Below the pieces are notes generated by a model that was not told the origin of the DNA, searched no databases, and saw only the letters and a program-made list of their open reading frames with translations. Of a DNA stretch of 64,000 nucleotides, positions 19,752-30,309 are shown piece after piece; position 1 is the first letter of the stretch; each line of letters opens with the position of its first letter. Source of the DNA: Candidatus Dojkabacteria bacterium (GTDB lineage Bacteria > Patescibacteriota > Dojkabacteria > J137); contig AP024679.1 in the NCBI GenBank assembly GCA_025999215.1, forward strand, positions 36,007 through 100,006, given 5' to 3'. The position numbers were made by a program, and so were the translations under genes.

Positions 19752-20962
19752 TTGTATTTTACTTTAAAATATCCCCCAAAAGGTACAAGTTCGGGTTCAG
19801 ATTGAATAGCGAATCTACCACCAGTAGCACTAACCAAAGAAAAATTATCTTGTTTTCTCCACTTAAATGCAATTCTATACGTTCCAGGCATTAAAGAATT
19901 ATCTTCTAAAATAACTCTAAAGTTGTTATGTCCAACTTTAATGCTTGGTCTTTGATGTCCAAATATAACATTTTTTAGAGAAGTAATCGTAATCCCTTCT
20001 GGTGAAACTATATCAAGACCTAGTATAGGGTTTTGATACTCTGATCTACTTTCAAAATTAAACTCAAAAACTATTTTTTCCTTATGCTTAAAAATCTCAG
20101 TATTTTCACCTTTTTCATTTGTAATATTCAGTGTAATGTTGTAAATATCCCCTGTAGATTCATAAACTATCAACTTTGGATCAATATTTTGAACTTCCTT
20201 TGCAATAGTATGCTTGTAATAAAAATCAATTGCATTTAAAGTTTCTCCTGTATAGAGTTCTTTTCCTTTATCAATAACCATAACTCTATTACAAATTCTT
20301 TCTACTTGTCTCATATCATGAGAAATGAATATAATTGAAGTCTTTTTTCTAATATCCTCCATCCTTTCCATGCATTTTCTCTTGAAACTAATATCACCTA
20401 CAGCCAAAACTTCATCAACCAATAAAACTTCAGGAACTCTATGAATAGCAATTGAAAAACCTAAACGAACTTTCATTCCTGATGAATAAGTTGAAACTGG
20501 TGCATCTAAAAAATCTCCAATATCTGCAAATTTTACAATATCATCAAACTTTGCTTTTATCTCACTTCTCGACATCCCCAAAATTGTTCCATTCAAAAAT
20601 ATATTCTCTCTTCCAGTCATGTGAGGATGAAAACCTGCCCCAACAGCAATTAATGATCCAACATTACCGTTTACAACTATTCTTCCATCATCTGGTGGGA
20701 AAATACCAGCTATTAGTCTCAATAAAGTAGACTTCCCAGAACCATTTTCGCCAATTATTCCAAAAATCTCTCCTTTTTTAACTTCAAAAGAAACATTTCT
20801 TAATGACCAAAACTCTGATTTTCTGAGTTTTGTAGTATCAGGCGGCAAATTTACAAAGCTTTTAGCTAAATCTAAAGTACCTAAAAAAAGGCTTCTCCGT
20901 AAGTTTCGTGAGAACTTTTTACTAACATTTTCTACTTTTATTGCAAAAGGATCCTCTTTCAT
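19736..20962 (-). CDS. wzt: ABC transporter ATP-binding protein, Wzt/TagH type, with a C-terminal substrate-binding domain
   Basis: Walker A GIIGENGSGKSTLLRLIAG, LSGG-like YSSGMKVRLGFSIA, Walker B LLVDEVLAVGD, plus an extra roughly 150-aa C-terminal domain. Confidence 0.85.
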   Translation of the reverse strand: MKEDPFAIKVENVSKKFSRNLRRSLFLGTLDLAKSFVNLPPDTTKLRKSEFWSLRNVSFEVKKGEIFGIIGENGSGKSTLLRLIAGIFPPDDGRIVVNGNVGSLIAVGAGFHPHMTGRENIFLNGTILGMSRSEIKAKFDDIVKFADIGDFLDAPVSTYSSGMKVRLGFSIAIHRVPEVLLVDEVLAVGDISFKRKCMERMEDIRKKTSIIFISHDMRQVERICNRVMVIDKGKELYTGETLNAIDFYYKHTIAKEVQNIDPKLIVYESTGDIYNITLNITNEKGENTEIFKHKEKIVFEFNFESRSEYQNPILGLDIVSPEGITITSLKNVIFGHQRPSIKVGHNNFRVILEDNSLMPGTYRIAFKWRKQDNFSLVSATGGRFAIQSEPELVPFGGYFKVKYKWIQN

Positions 20963-21807
20963 ATCATTTTTTCGATTACTCTATCTTCACTAACATAAAA
21001 AAGTCTAAGAGCTAAGAGGAAAATTAAAAATGTAACTAAAGAAATAATCAAATAAATATCTAAATTTTGAACATTCTTTTCTATCAATAAATCTCTAGCA
21101 ACACCAAGTAAATAAGTTAATGGATTATATTTCAAAGCAATTTGCAAGTTTTCATTTTCGGTATTTGAAGCAAAAAGAACCGGTGTAACGTACAGTAGCA
21201 ATTCCATGAGTTTGTTTATTACTCTTCCAATGTCTACTGCCACAATATTTATTACTCCAACAATCAAGCCAATTGAACTTCCTAAAAAAAATAAAGGTAA
21301 AATTGTAAGAGGAAAAAAAATACTCAAAAAACTAAATTTTACTCCAAAAAGCATTAAAGTCGTTATAATGATCACAAAAGAAATTGTAAAATTCACCAAA
21401 TGCTGAAAATTTTCTTTGAATAACAAAGCTTCATGAGGGAATTTTACTTGCATTATAAATCCAGCTCCTGCATTTAAAGTATTACTTGACGCAACATAAA
21501 AACCCATAAAAAGCCCCCAAATTGAAGTACTTAATAGAACATATGCAGGATATGGAATTGTTGTTTCACCTGGATCCAAAACCCCTGTGTAATTCAAAAA
21601 TGCCCAGTTAACAATGCCTACCAATGGTGTAATCAATATCCAAGCTATTCCTAGAAAAGATTTTTTATAAGTCATTAAAAAATCTCTTTTAAACAACTGA
21701 AAAATTAGTTCACGATAATCATAAACATTTCTAAACATTATGTACCAAGTTTTGAATATGTTTACTTTGAATCTTTGATTAGGTGTGTAGATAGTTTTAT
21801 ATTCCAT
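20959..21807 (-). CDS. wzm: ABC-2 type polysaccharide/teichoic-acid export permease (Wzm/TagG)
   Basis: Six TM helices and a 282-aa length. It overlaps the wzt start by 4 nt. Confidence 0.8.
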   Translation of the reverse strand: MEYKTIYTPNQRFKVNIFKTWYIMFRNVYDYRELIFQLFKRDFLMTYKKSFLGIAWILITPLVGIVNWAFLNYTGVLDPGETTIPYPAYVLLSTSIWGLFMGFYVASSNTLNAGAGFIMQVKFPHEALLFKENFQHLVNFTISFVIIITTLMLFGVKFSFLSIFFPLTILPLFFLGSSIGLIVGVINIVAVDIGRVINKLMELLLYVTPVLFASNTENENLQIALKYNPLTYLLGVARDLLIEKNVQNLDIYLIISLVTFLIFLLALRLFYVSEDRVIEKMI

Positions 21808-21853
21808 AATTTTTTATTAACATATGATTATACAACCTTGAGCTTTTAAAAGT

Positions 21854-24140
21854 CTAGTTTGGTAAATTTCTTGTAAAAATTTTTCTACTCTTCCCTACCA
21901 CAGTTATGTAAGGTTCTGAATTAAACTCTATCAAATCTATTTCACCTGGAGTTTCGCCATCAAGAGTTAGAAAATACCTCTCTTGCCCTTCTGTTATATA
22001 GCCTAAAAATATACTTCCATTTGTACCTCTTGCAGAAACTAAAATTTTATCATTCAACTTTATAAAATCTGTTTCACCAACAACAAAAGAATTTGGTAAA
22101 TACTCCCAATTTGACAAATTGTTTTCTGATGTTCCAAATCTAAAATAAATTTTTCCGCTCCATCCTTTAACTACTTGAAACAATTTTGAATTAAAAACAC
22201 CAATATTGCTTGAACCAGGAACACTACCACCAGTGTGGTACCAGTTTGTAGCTGAAATTTCATCATAACTTCTGACCCAAATTCTACCATCCCAACCTTT
22301 AACTCTCTGATACAGCTTCCCACTATAAACCGTACCATTCCTACTGTTTGTGATCATCCGGCCCTGATCCTCCCCAATTTTCCGGAACTGAACTCCAACT
22401 CGACTTCCATCAAACGCATCTTGTAATGATTTCGCCATTACTTTTTAATGTATGAGATATAAAGTTTTGAATCATGTACTTCCATAGTGAAATCTCAGCT
22501 TGCCGAAACATCGCCTATGTGCTCCCAATTGCGCTCCAATGTACTACCGTCATAACTTCTCACCCATACTCTTCCGTCCCAACCTGGCACAGCAGAGTAC
22601 AACAATTTTCCGTCAAAAGTTTGTAGGGATACGATCAAACTTTGATGATCCTCCCGTGTGTTGCCACTGCGCTCCAACGTACTGAACCATCATAAGCTTC
22701 TCACCCATATTCTCCCGTCCCAACCATGTACTGCTTGATACAACTTGTTATCATAAACTCTTCACTCACAGACCTTGTTATTTCTAGGTGTGCTTCCTCC
22801 ATTCTCTCCCCAAGGGTTCCAGGTACATTAGATAAACTAAATTCAGCATTTATCAACCCATATCCAAATTCTTGATCCCAACCAGGAGTTCCTAAATCGA
22901 TAACTGCAGTTGAAATTACACGTTCTATAGTTTTATTAGAAATGCTGGAATTTTTGGATTTCATTAACGCTGCTAGCGCACTCACTTGCGGAGCAGCGAA
23001 GCTAGTACCAGCGCCACTAATGGGGTTATCTTGTTGTGTAAAATTTTGAAACAAATCCCCAGAGGATTCATCTGAACAAGTATTAGTCAAAAAACATGAA
23101 AATGTTTGAGATACGACCTTAGATGTTGAAAATTGTCCTACTGGTGCTACTACATCAAGTTTTTGACCAAAATTTGAATATTGAGCCCTTGTATCGTTCG
23201 GGTTGATTGCTCCTACAGCTATCACATAATCCATACCTGCAGGAAAATATTGATTTATATCTGAATTATTATTTCCCGCCGAAGCTACAACCACCACTCC
23301 ATTTTGATAAGCATAAGAGAGAGCATTTTGAAGATTTTGATCATAACCTTTACCGCTCAAACTCATATTGATTACATCTGCACCATTATCGACAGCATAT
23401 ATTATTGCATCCGTTAAGAATCAGCCGTATTTGTAACGCCTCTTAAGTCGTTGTCTGGATTGCTACATGTGGGATCATTGTTTCCTTGAGAATCATAGCA
23501 AAAAGATGTGTCGTTTGGGATAAAAAGGTTTTATTGGCATTATTCTGACATTGTGTGCGATTCCTACTAATTTGTCTGGCGCATCCTCGCCTGCTTTTCC
23601 TGCTATTATTGTCGCTACAAAAGTTCCATGCCCATCATCATCATTTGCGTGATTTATCTTTTCTAAGTTCTTGAGTATTGCATGGATATGCTGTACTTTG
23701 TCTCGAATATCGCATATGTATTTTTGAAAAGCATCATAAGGTGAAACAAAATTCATAGTGTGCAAGTTCATTCTGGACTTTGAAAATATCTCCTGTCATA
23801 TCCCTCGTTGATAAACTCGCATTTGGTGCTGATCTAACGGCACCTCAATATTGAGGCCTAGAAAATTTTTGTAGCTGATAGTTTCCTCCTGCGTCATAGT
23901 CGTAGTTTTCATAAGCAACTCCAGTATCAATTACAGCAACAATTACATTTGGATCACCTCCACCATGAAGAATCTACGCTTCACATCCTCCCAATAATTT
24001 CCAAGCTTCTGGAATTTTTATTTTTTCCAAATACCAATGAGTGATAGTGGAATAATCAGATGGTAAAGCTCTGAATGCATCGTATTATCCCAAGTTTCTA
24101 ATTTACTAAATTATATTGGGTTGTATTTTGCATATTTTCA
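21854..24140 (-). pseudogene. degraded subtilisin-like (S8) serine protease with C-terminal lectin-like beta-propeller repeats
   Basis: Pieces in several frames read: N-terminal PEAWKLLGG...VIVAVIDTGVAYENYDYDAGGNY (Asp site); HGTFVATIIAGKA (His site); DAIIYAVDNGADVINMSLSGKG...VVVASAGNNNSD...GTSFAAPQVSALAALM (Ser site). The C-terminal repeats are GKLYQRVKGWDGRIWVRSYD, SKLFQVVKGWSGKIYFRFG and GKLLYSAVPGWDGRVWVRSYDGS. There are in-frame TAG/TGA stops plus multiple frameshifts. Confidence 0.6.
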
Positions 24141-24438
24141 TTAATTAATAAAATGTCTTTCAATAATTTTTTATGCTAAGGTTTTATTAACCAAGATCTA
24201 CCTATAAAAATTTTTAAACTCTTTTACACTTTTAACATAATGTAAATCCTTGATATATAGTCTAAGATGTTCTTCTGATCTATTGTAGATCTTTCTTATT
24301 AAGATTTCAGCATAACTCACCAACGAGTTCACAACTGTTTTCTCCAACTAATGACTTATCGACATAATTTATTGCTTTTTCAATTTTTTGATTTGTATTC
24401 TTTAATTTTTGCACTTGATACCAAAAGCCAGGTTCACC

Positions 24439-25365
24439 TCAAAATTGAATAAAGATTTTGGCCAGGGCAGAGAGTTGCATCTTCTGTTTTTGTGCCCTAC
24501 AACATTTTCTTGCCATTCTCAATTCAACTTCCCAATAATCACTTAATCCTGGCAAGGAGTAGCCTGTAAGGAAGCAAGGGACTTTGATGAAGGGTTTTCC
24601 TGCTCAAAATCCCCAATCAAAGCTATACCTAAAGTTGCATAATTTGGTGGAGAATGAGCTCCAGTTACACCCAAACTACCAGCACGACCTTCATAAATAT
24701 TTCCTTCTTTATCGATTAAAAAGTTGTATCCAATATCTTGCCAAAGTTCATGCGGTTCATCACAATCTTGGTTAGATGGATCATAATACCCCAGAATTAT
24801 TTACACATCTAATTTTATGATATTCATAAATAGCCCTAACTGCACTAGATAAATCATCAGTTGTGTTTTGAAAAACAGTATGATGAATTACAAAATAATT
24901 TATATGTGGAGCAATATATGGTTGCCAAAGAGAATTAGTTGGTGCCCCCCAATCTTCTCGTAATTTTACATCTAATCCTAAATTTCTAAAAAATGATCTT
25001 TTAATATCTGGATCAGGAAAATTATCAGAAGTTAAGTATCTTCTATCTTTAAAATAATGTATTTTCAAGTTATGTCCACTCAAAATTTGAATTTCACTAA
25101 CATCTGAAGAGTATGGAAATAACTCTGAAACAAATGATGAACTGGCATCTTGATTAAATTCATAATCACCATGTAAGTGATCAAATATTTTTTCATTTCC
25201 ATCTTTGTAAATTATTTTAAATTTTACTTTACCCCAATCTATTGCTTCATTAGAAGAAAAACTAAATGCAATGATTTCAGAGTCGTTTGAATGGATACTC
25301 TGTGCAATGACTGTAGAAATTAAAATTGAAAAAAATGAAATAGCAAGAATCAAAAACTTTCTCAT
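24439..25365 (-). CDS. N-acetylmuramoyl-L-alanine amidase (Amidase_2 / PGRP fold) with signal peptide; two frameshifts
   Basis: A signal peptide is followed by an N-terminal domain and then YFVIHHTV...VRAIYEYH. After a shift at about 24780 it reads WQDIGYNFLIDKEGNIYEGRAGS...GAHSPPNYATLGIALIGDF...ATPC. After a further shift at about 24500 (CC versus CCC) it reads PGLSDYWEVELRM. Confidence 0.7.
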
Positions 25366-25371
25366 AAATTA

Positions 25372-26498
25372 TTATTGCAATAATTTCAAAGTTTTTAAAC
25401 TTAATCTATCATAACTAATTTGATCAACAACTTTTTGTGCATTATACAATTTTTCTTTAGTTAACTCTGGGTTTTTAAGTAAAGCCATTATCTGATTAGA
25501 GATGCTTGTTTTATTTAAATTTTTAATTTTTACAACTTCATCTTGAAAATCTTCAAATTGTGGTATATATGAGGTTATAACAATAGCATTTGATGCTAAA
25601 CATGTTCGTACCGCTCCACTCGCTGATTCACCAACATGCTGGTAAGGTAAAACAAAGAAAGTCAACACATGCTTGCGTAAATTTCTAATCTCTTCTCGTT
25701 CTAAAAAATCTGTTATAAAAACTACTCTATCTTCTATATTCTAAACTTTTAGCTAAATTTAAAGACTTTTTTATATTCTGATTGCGCATAAATGTTATTA
25801 GGACTCAACTGCATTTAAACCTAAGAACATAAAGCTTGAGGGTATTGATTCCAAATTTCTTCTAAAAGCTTCAATAACCAGTAGGAATGTTTTTGTTTTT
25901 ATTAAAAAGTCCATGCGTCCCAATTATCGGATAATACTCACTCAAACCAAGATCCTTTTTAACTTTAAATTTTGCTCTTGGATAAAATAACTTTTCACCC
26001 AAAGGGATAAAAACTACATTATTTAGTTTTTTGCTCATATAAACTTGATCGTTTTTATTATGAACAATTATTTTATCTGCAAGTGATAAATTTTTACATG
26101 ATTTAGTCAAATCAAACGTATCTGATCTAACTGCATGTAGCTCTAAAATAATTTTTATGTTTAGTTTTTGTAAATCTGAAAGCAACTTATCTAGCGTTTC
26201 ACTTGAGTAGTAAGCTCCAGAATGATATTGAATGTGAACTGAATCAAAATTTTCATTTTTAATTTTTTTGGTTACATCATTAAAATCATTCTCCCCCATA
26301 TTCCAAAGTCTAACAACATTTGAATTATCTCCTCTAACTCTATCAGCAATATCTTTATTTGCGATGATTAATAAATTTTTAAAGACTTTTTCGCATGATT
26401 GATAAAGAAGTCTAGTATCTTCTGCAATACCATCTTGAGAATTGTATGGAGAAATTACCGCATGTTTACTGTTTTTTATATTTAACCAAATTGGGCAT
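25372..26498 (-). pseudogene. GT4 glycosyltransferase, heavily fragmented (at least 4 frame changes in 25690-25870)
   Basis: N-terminal part MPNLVKYKKQ/HAVISPYNSQDGIAED...; linker LVIEAFRRNLESIPSSFMFLGLNAVES; C-terminal part DRVVFITDFLEREEIRNLRKHVLTFFVLPYQHVGESASGAVRTCLASNAIVITS. Confidence 0.55.
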
Positions 26499-26512
26499 CA
26501 AATCAAAAATAT

Positions 26513-27611
26513 TTATAATTCTTTCAGCAACATTCGCCCAAGATATTTCATCAGCTTTCCTTTTCGCTGAGAGCTACATATTTCATTTATGTTTTCAATT
26601 TTTCGTTCATAAATTTTCCTCATTATTTCCGAGAGATTTTCTACTGACGGTTCTGCCCATCTAGCTCCAACATTTCCCAGATTCTGATTGATAAGCTAAA
26701 TCAACTTCAAAATCAAGTAAAAATGCGCTATTTTCGTCTACAAAGTCTAAAACTCCACCATACCCAGTTGTTATTAGTGGTACTTCACAATAAATTGTTT
26801 CAGCCATTGGCAAACCAAATCCTTCTGCTCGTGATGGATAAACGCAACAATCTGAATTTTTAGTTAAAAATTTCATTTGTCCGGGTGTCAAATCAGTTCT
26901 ATCTATTACCTCGACTTCAGGAGCATTCTCATTTTGCAATTCTTTCAAAAGATTTGGAACCATGTTGTTTGGATTAGGAAAAGTTTTAATTATTAACACA
27001 CAATCATCATTTTTATCAAATGTTTTAAAATACGCTTTCAATAAAACATCTACTCCTTTTCTTGCTCTGCCTGTGCTTGCATGAAAAAATTTAAAGTTTT
27101 TTTTGGTTTTTAGTTCAAATTTCTCTGGTTTAGCATTAATAAAATCATTATCAATTCCTTCAGAGATATTAAATATAGGTACTCTAATACCTGAATCTTT
27201 CATTATGTGATATACAAACTTACTTGTTACAAACATTAAATGCGCATATTCGTTAATTTCATCAACAAGTTTCTTTGGAAAAATACTTTCTTCCCAAGCA
27301 ATGTATGGAATAATTATTTTTGAAGGTATTTCACTTAAACCATATAAGCCATCAGTATCTCTAGGAGTATTATTAAAAATAGCAATGTCACTTTGTTTTC
27401 TTTCTAAAGAAATCAAATTTTTTAATTCCGATTGCTCAATTTCTTTTTTTGTAGGTAAATAATCAATTCTATCTTTTGGACACCAAAGCCAAACATTCAA
27501 ATTTCTGTATTGAGAGCTCAAGGCCAAAGCTAAATTTCGATTTACTTGAGCCAAACTATAATTTGTGAAATACGGACCAACTATCTGTACGGATTTACTT
27601 TGCAAGTTCAT
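26513..27611 (-). CDS. GT4 glycosyltransferase, one frameshift near 26660
   Basis: Carries KGVDVLLKAYFK...CVYPSRAEGFGLPMAETIYCEVPLITTGYGGVLDF. The tail SESG then continues in another frame as ...ARWAEPSVENLSEIMRKIYE. Confidence 0.7.
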
Positions 27612-27612
27612 T

Positions 27613-27969
27613 TTAATTTTTAGTTTTACTCTTTAATTTTTCTAAGTCGCTTTTTAAATTTTCAATTTCTTTTGTTATCTCTTCAATGGCTTTGAATGTC
27701 AGGTTGTTGAACTTTTGTTGCCTCATACTAGGTTTTTCAATAACATTAATTGTTGTAAAAATAATTTTTTCCTGCACAAAAGTTTTTATTTTTCCCATTA
27801 GCCCAAATCTTTTGGGTGGTTTAAAATAGATAGTTTCAAGAATATTTTTTGATGCTTCAAGACCTGGCAAAATAAAATTCTTAAGAAAATTTTCATTACT
27901 TTCTTTTAGTTTTCCTTCTTTTTTTAGTATAGATTTTGCTTTTGATCTAAGCATTTCAGAATCAATCAT
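27613..27969 (-). CDS. hypothetical small protein with C-terminal coiled coil
   Basis: An ORF of 118 aa ending ...EEITKEIENLKSDLEKLKSKTKN. Confidence 0.3.
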   Translation of the reverse strand: MIDSEMLRSKAKSILKKEGKLKESNENFLKNFILPGLEASKNILETIYFKPPKRFGLMGKIKTFVQEKIIFTTINVIEKPSMRQQKFNNLTFKAIEEITKEIENLKSDLEKLKSKTKN

Positions 27970-29035
27970 TGTTTACAAAAGGGATAACATCTACATAATT
28001 CTTGAACTCCAGTTTTTCTTTGACTTGTTTATTTTGAATGTCTATTTCAAACCAATTTGATTCACTATCTTTTGCAAAAGCTACAAAATTAGAGCAGGTA
28101 ATTTTATTTATATCTGATAGCTTCACCAAAGGCTCCACTTTCTTGTTTTCATACAAAACTTTAAATAAGTCGTTATTTTCGTAATTAAAACCTATTGCGT
28201 AATCACTTTGGCTGCACATAATTTCAGATCTTTTCATATTTTCAATTGGATTAATTTCGCTTGAACCTAAAAATAAATATCCTACATTCATATCATCATC
28301 TCTAGTGTAATTAACAAACAGAATATTGTCGTCGCTAGTGAAAAAAACATCTGTAATTGATTTATTTTCAATTTTGTACATTAGCTCTCCACCTATTGTT
28401 GCGAGATAAAAGCTAGAATCACTATCTTTCAACAATATCCTATTTTTCAAATCATTAACTTCCAAAATATTCGCATTAAGTCTAGAGATTTTTAATATTT
28501 CTCCTGAAACTAAATCAAGGCTATGTAACCACATGTTGTTTTGAGGACCTTGAGTAAAATAAATTTGATCATTACTTATCCAGATGTAGCTAGAAACTCC
28601 TTCCTTGGCGTTTTGAGAGTAAAAAGTAAACTGGTTTAAATCTTTTGATTCTAAATCGTAAACATAAATATCATATATATCATTAGTCATACCAACCAAA
28701 GCTAAATTTTTACCATTTGGTGAAAATTTAGCATCTATCCAATTTTTCCTACTTAAACTTGCTGTAAGCATTGTTTCGTTTTCCAATATTTTTACAACAT
28801 CTTGATCGGTTATTTGAGCAATCTTAACTTTTTGTGTATTTAAATTTGTTGGAGTATCCCCATCATTTGAGTACTCATCAAGCGGATTTGATACAGGGTA
28901 TGATGTGATTTTCTCATCTAAATCTTTATTCTCATTTGGCATAGTAGAAAACATGTATATTCCTAAGGAAAATCCCACCAAAAGTGAACTTGAAATAAAT
29001 ATCAAAAAAAGAATAAATTTTATTAAAGACTTCAT
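27962..29035 (-). CDS. signal-anchored beta-propeller protein (TolB/PD40-like repeats)
   Basis: N-terminal TM helix. Repeats such as WIDAKFSPNGKNLALVG...IYVYDLESKDLNQFTF and SDQIYFTQGPQNNMWLHSLDLVSGE. Confidence 0.5.
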   Translation of the reverse strand: MKSLIKFILFLIFISSSLLVGFSLGIYMFSTMPNENKDLDEKITSYPVSNPLDEYSNDGDTPTNLNTQKVKIAQITDQDVVKILENETMLTASLSRKNWIDAKFSPNGKNLALVGMTNDIYDIYVYDLESKDLNQFTFYSQNAKEGVSSYIWISNDQIYFTQGPQNNMWLHSLDLVSGEILKISRLNANILEVNDLKNRILLKDSDSSFYLATIGGELMYKIENKSITDVFFTSDDNILFVNYTRDDDMNVGYLFLGSSEINPIENMKRSEIMCSQSDYAIGFNYENNDLFKVLYENKKVEPLVKLSDINKITCSNFVAFAKDSESNWFEIDIQNKQVKEKLEFKNYVDVIPFVNND

Positions 29036-29076
29036 ATCCTTATTTTAAATTATTTTTAATTAAAATAAAACTTTAA

Positions 29077-29613
29077 TTAAATAATTTTAGTAAACAACTT
29101 AATTGACAAAATTAAACTTTCCCAAAATGAAAAATTTTCTACATTTGTTTCGCTAAAACTTTTTCCATACACCACCATTCCTTCTTGAGAGCAATCATAA
29201 GCTAGGTAAGGTAGCAAATATTCAAAAGTAACTAATCCTATTTGAGTATTTTTTTTCAATTGACTGCAAAAATCTTCTATTTTTGTTACAACGTCAGCGC
29301 TAACCTCTTCATTAAAACTGAAAGTTTTGTATTCAACACCTTGACTATCTAATTCTTTTTTTAATTCATTAAATTCTAAAACTGAAACATTATTTCCTTT
29401 TTTGTCAGATACATTGATATATACTTCATCAAGCTCACGCCAATCTTTAATTTCTAATGGCCTTTTGTAGCTGACGATAAAATAGCTTAAAAAGGGTATA
29501 CAACATATAAAAACTAAAGAACCCACAAAAATGCTCCATAAAACCTCCTTTGATAATATTTTTCGTAATTTTCTTTTTATCTTATAATTTTTATTTTTTC
29601 TTGAATACTTCAT
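29077..29613 (-). CDS. membrane-anchored hypothetical protein
   Basis: Lys-rich N-terminus, then one TM helix (VLWSIFVGSLVFICCIPFLSYFIV). Confidence 0.3.
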   Translation of the reverse strand: MKYSRKNKNYKIKRKLRKILSKEVLWSIFVGSLVFICCIPFLSYFIVSYKRPLEIKDWRELDEVYINVSDKKGNNVSVLEFNELKKELDSQGVEYKTFSFNEEVSADVVTKIEDFCSQLKKNTQIGLVTFEYLLPYLAYDCSQEGMVVYGKSFSETNVENFSFWESLILSIKLFTKII

Positions 29614-30265
29614 ATTTATTTAAGTTATTATTTTTTCCATCAGCACAAAATTCATCAATTAACTTAAGTTTACAGTTATTTAAAATCTCTCTCAATTCTT
29701 CCTCTGTAGTGTTATGAACAAACCTTACTGCACCTTTTTGTCCAAACGACAATAAGTAATTATTTTCTCCTAAATCCTCAATTATTTTTTCTTTTAATTT
29801 TGGATCTTTTAAAAATTGCCATATTGTCAATATAAATATTCCTTCTTTTTCTAAAAGATTTTCAACTTTTTTAAAAAAAGTTATTCTGCTAATTTTAGAC
29901 TCAAAATGATGAAATAACCCAAAAGCAACAACAAAATCAAATGAAAAACCTTGCAATACACTCCAATTGTCTTCTTCAAGATCAAAACAAAAAAATGAAA
30001 AACTGGAAGTGGTTTCATAATTTCGCGATTTTGCTAAATTTAGCATTGCTTCTGAATTATCTACACCTACGTATGATGAAAATTTGATATTGTTATCAAT
30101 CAAAAATTTCAAAAACCTTCCATTACCACAACCCAAATCTAAAACTCTTAAATTATTTTTTTTCAAATATTTTAAAATTTCGAACCAACCCCTCCATGGG
30201 CTTAGTCTCGTCTGAGAAAATTCATGCGCATATTCGGAGTAAAGATTTGTTGATTTTCTCATTTT
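29591..30265 (-). CDS. Trm9/ALKBH8-like class I SAM methyltransferase (tRNA wobble cm5U to mcm5U methyltransferase-like)
   Basis: Carries YSEYAHEFSQTRLSPWRGWFEIL...VLDLGCGNGRFL, matching the Trm9 N-terminal signature (HFS.TR..PW..V..FL...DVGCGNGKYL). The start was moved to the internal Met (MRKSTNLY) to remove the 5' overlap with elp3. Confidence 0.65.
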   Translation of the reverse strand, partial: KMRKSTNLYSEYAHEFSQTRLSPWRGWFEILKYLKKNNLRVLDLGCGNGRFLKFLIDNNIKFSSYVGVDNSEAMLNLAKSRNYETTSSFSFFCFDLEEDNWSVLQGFSFDFVVAFGLFHHFESKISRITFFKKVENLLEKEGIFILTIWQFLKDPKLKEKIIEDLGENNYLLSFGQKGAVRFVHNTTEEELREILNNCKLKLIDEFCADGKNNNLNKYEVFKKK

Positions 30266-30309
30266 TTCAATAATAACACAAAAATTAAAGTCAATGATAT
30301 AATCTAAAA

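Noticed and set aside
24584-24775. 63-aa plus-strand ORF
   Set aside because: It lies antisense within the PGRP-type amidase coding sequence. There is no independent support.
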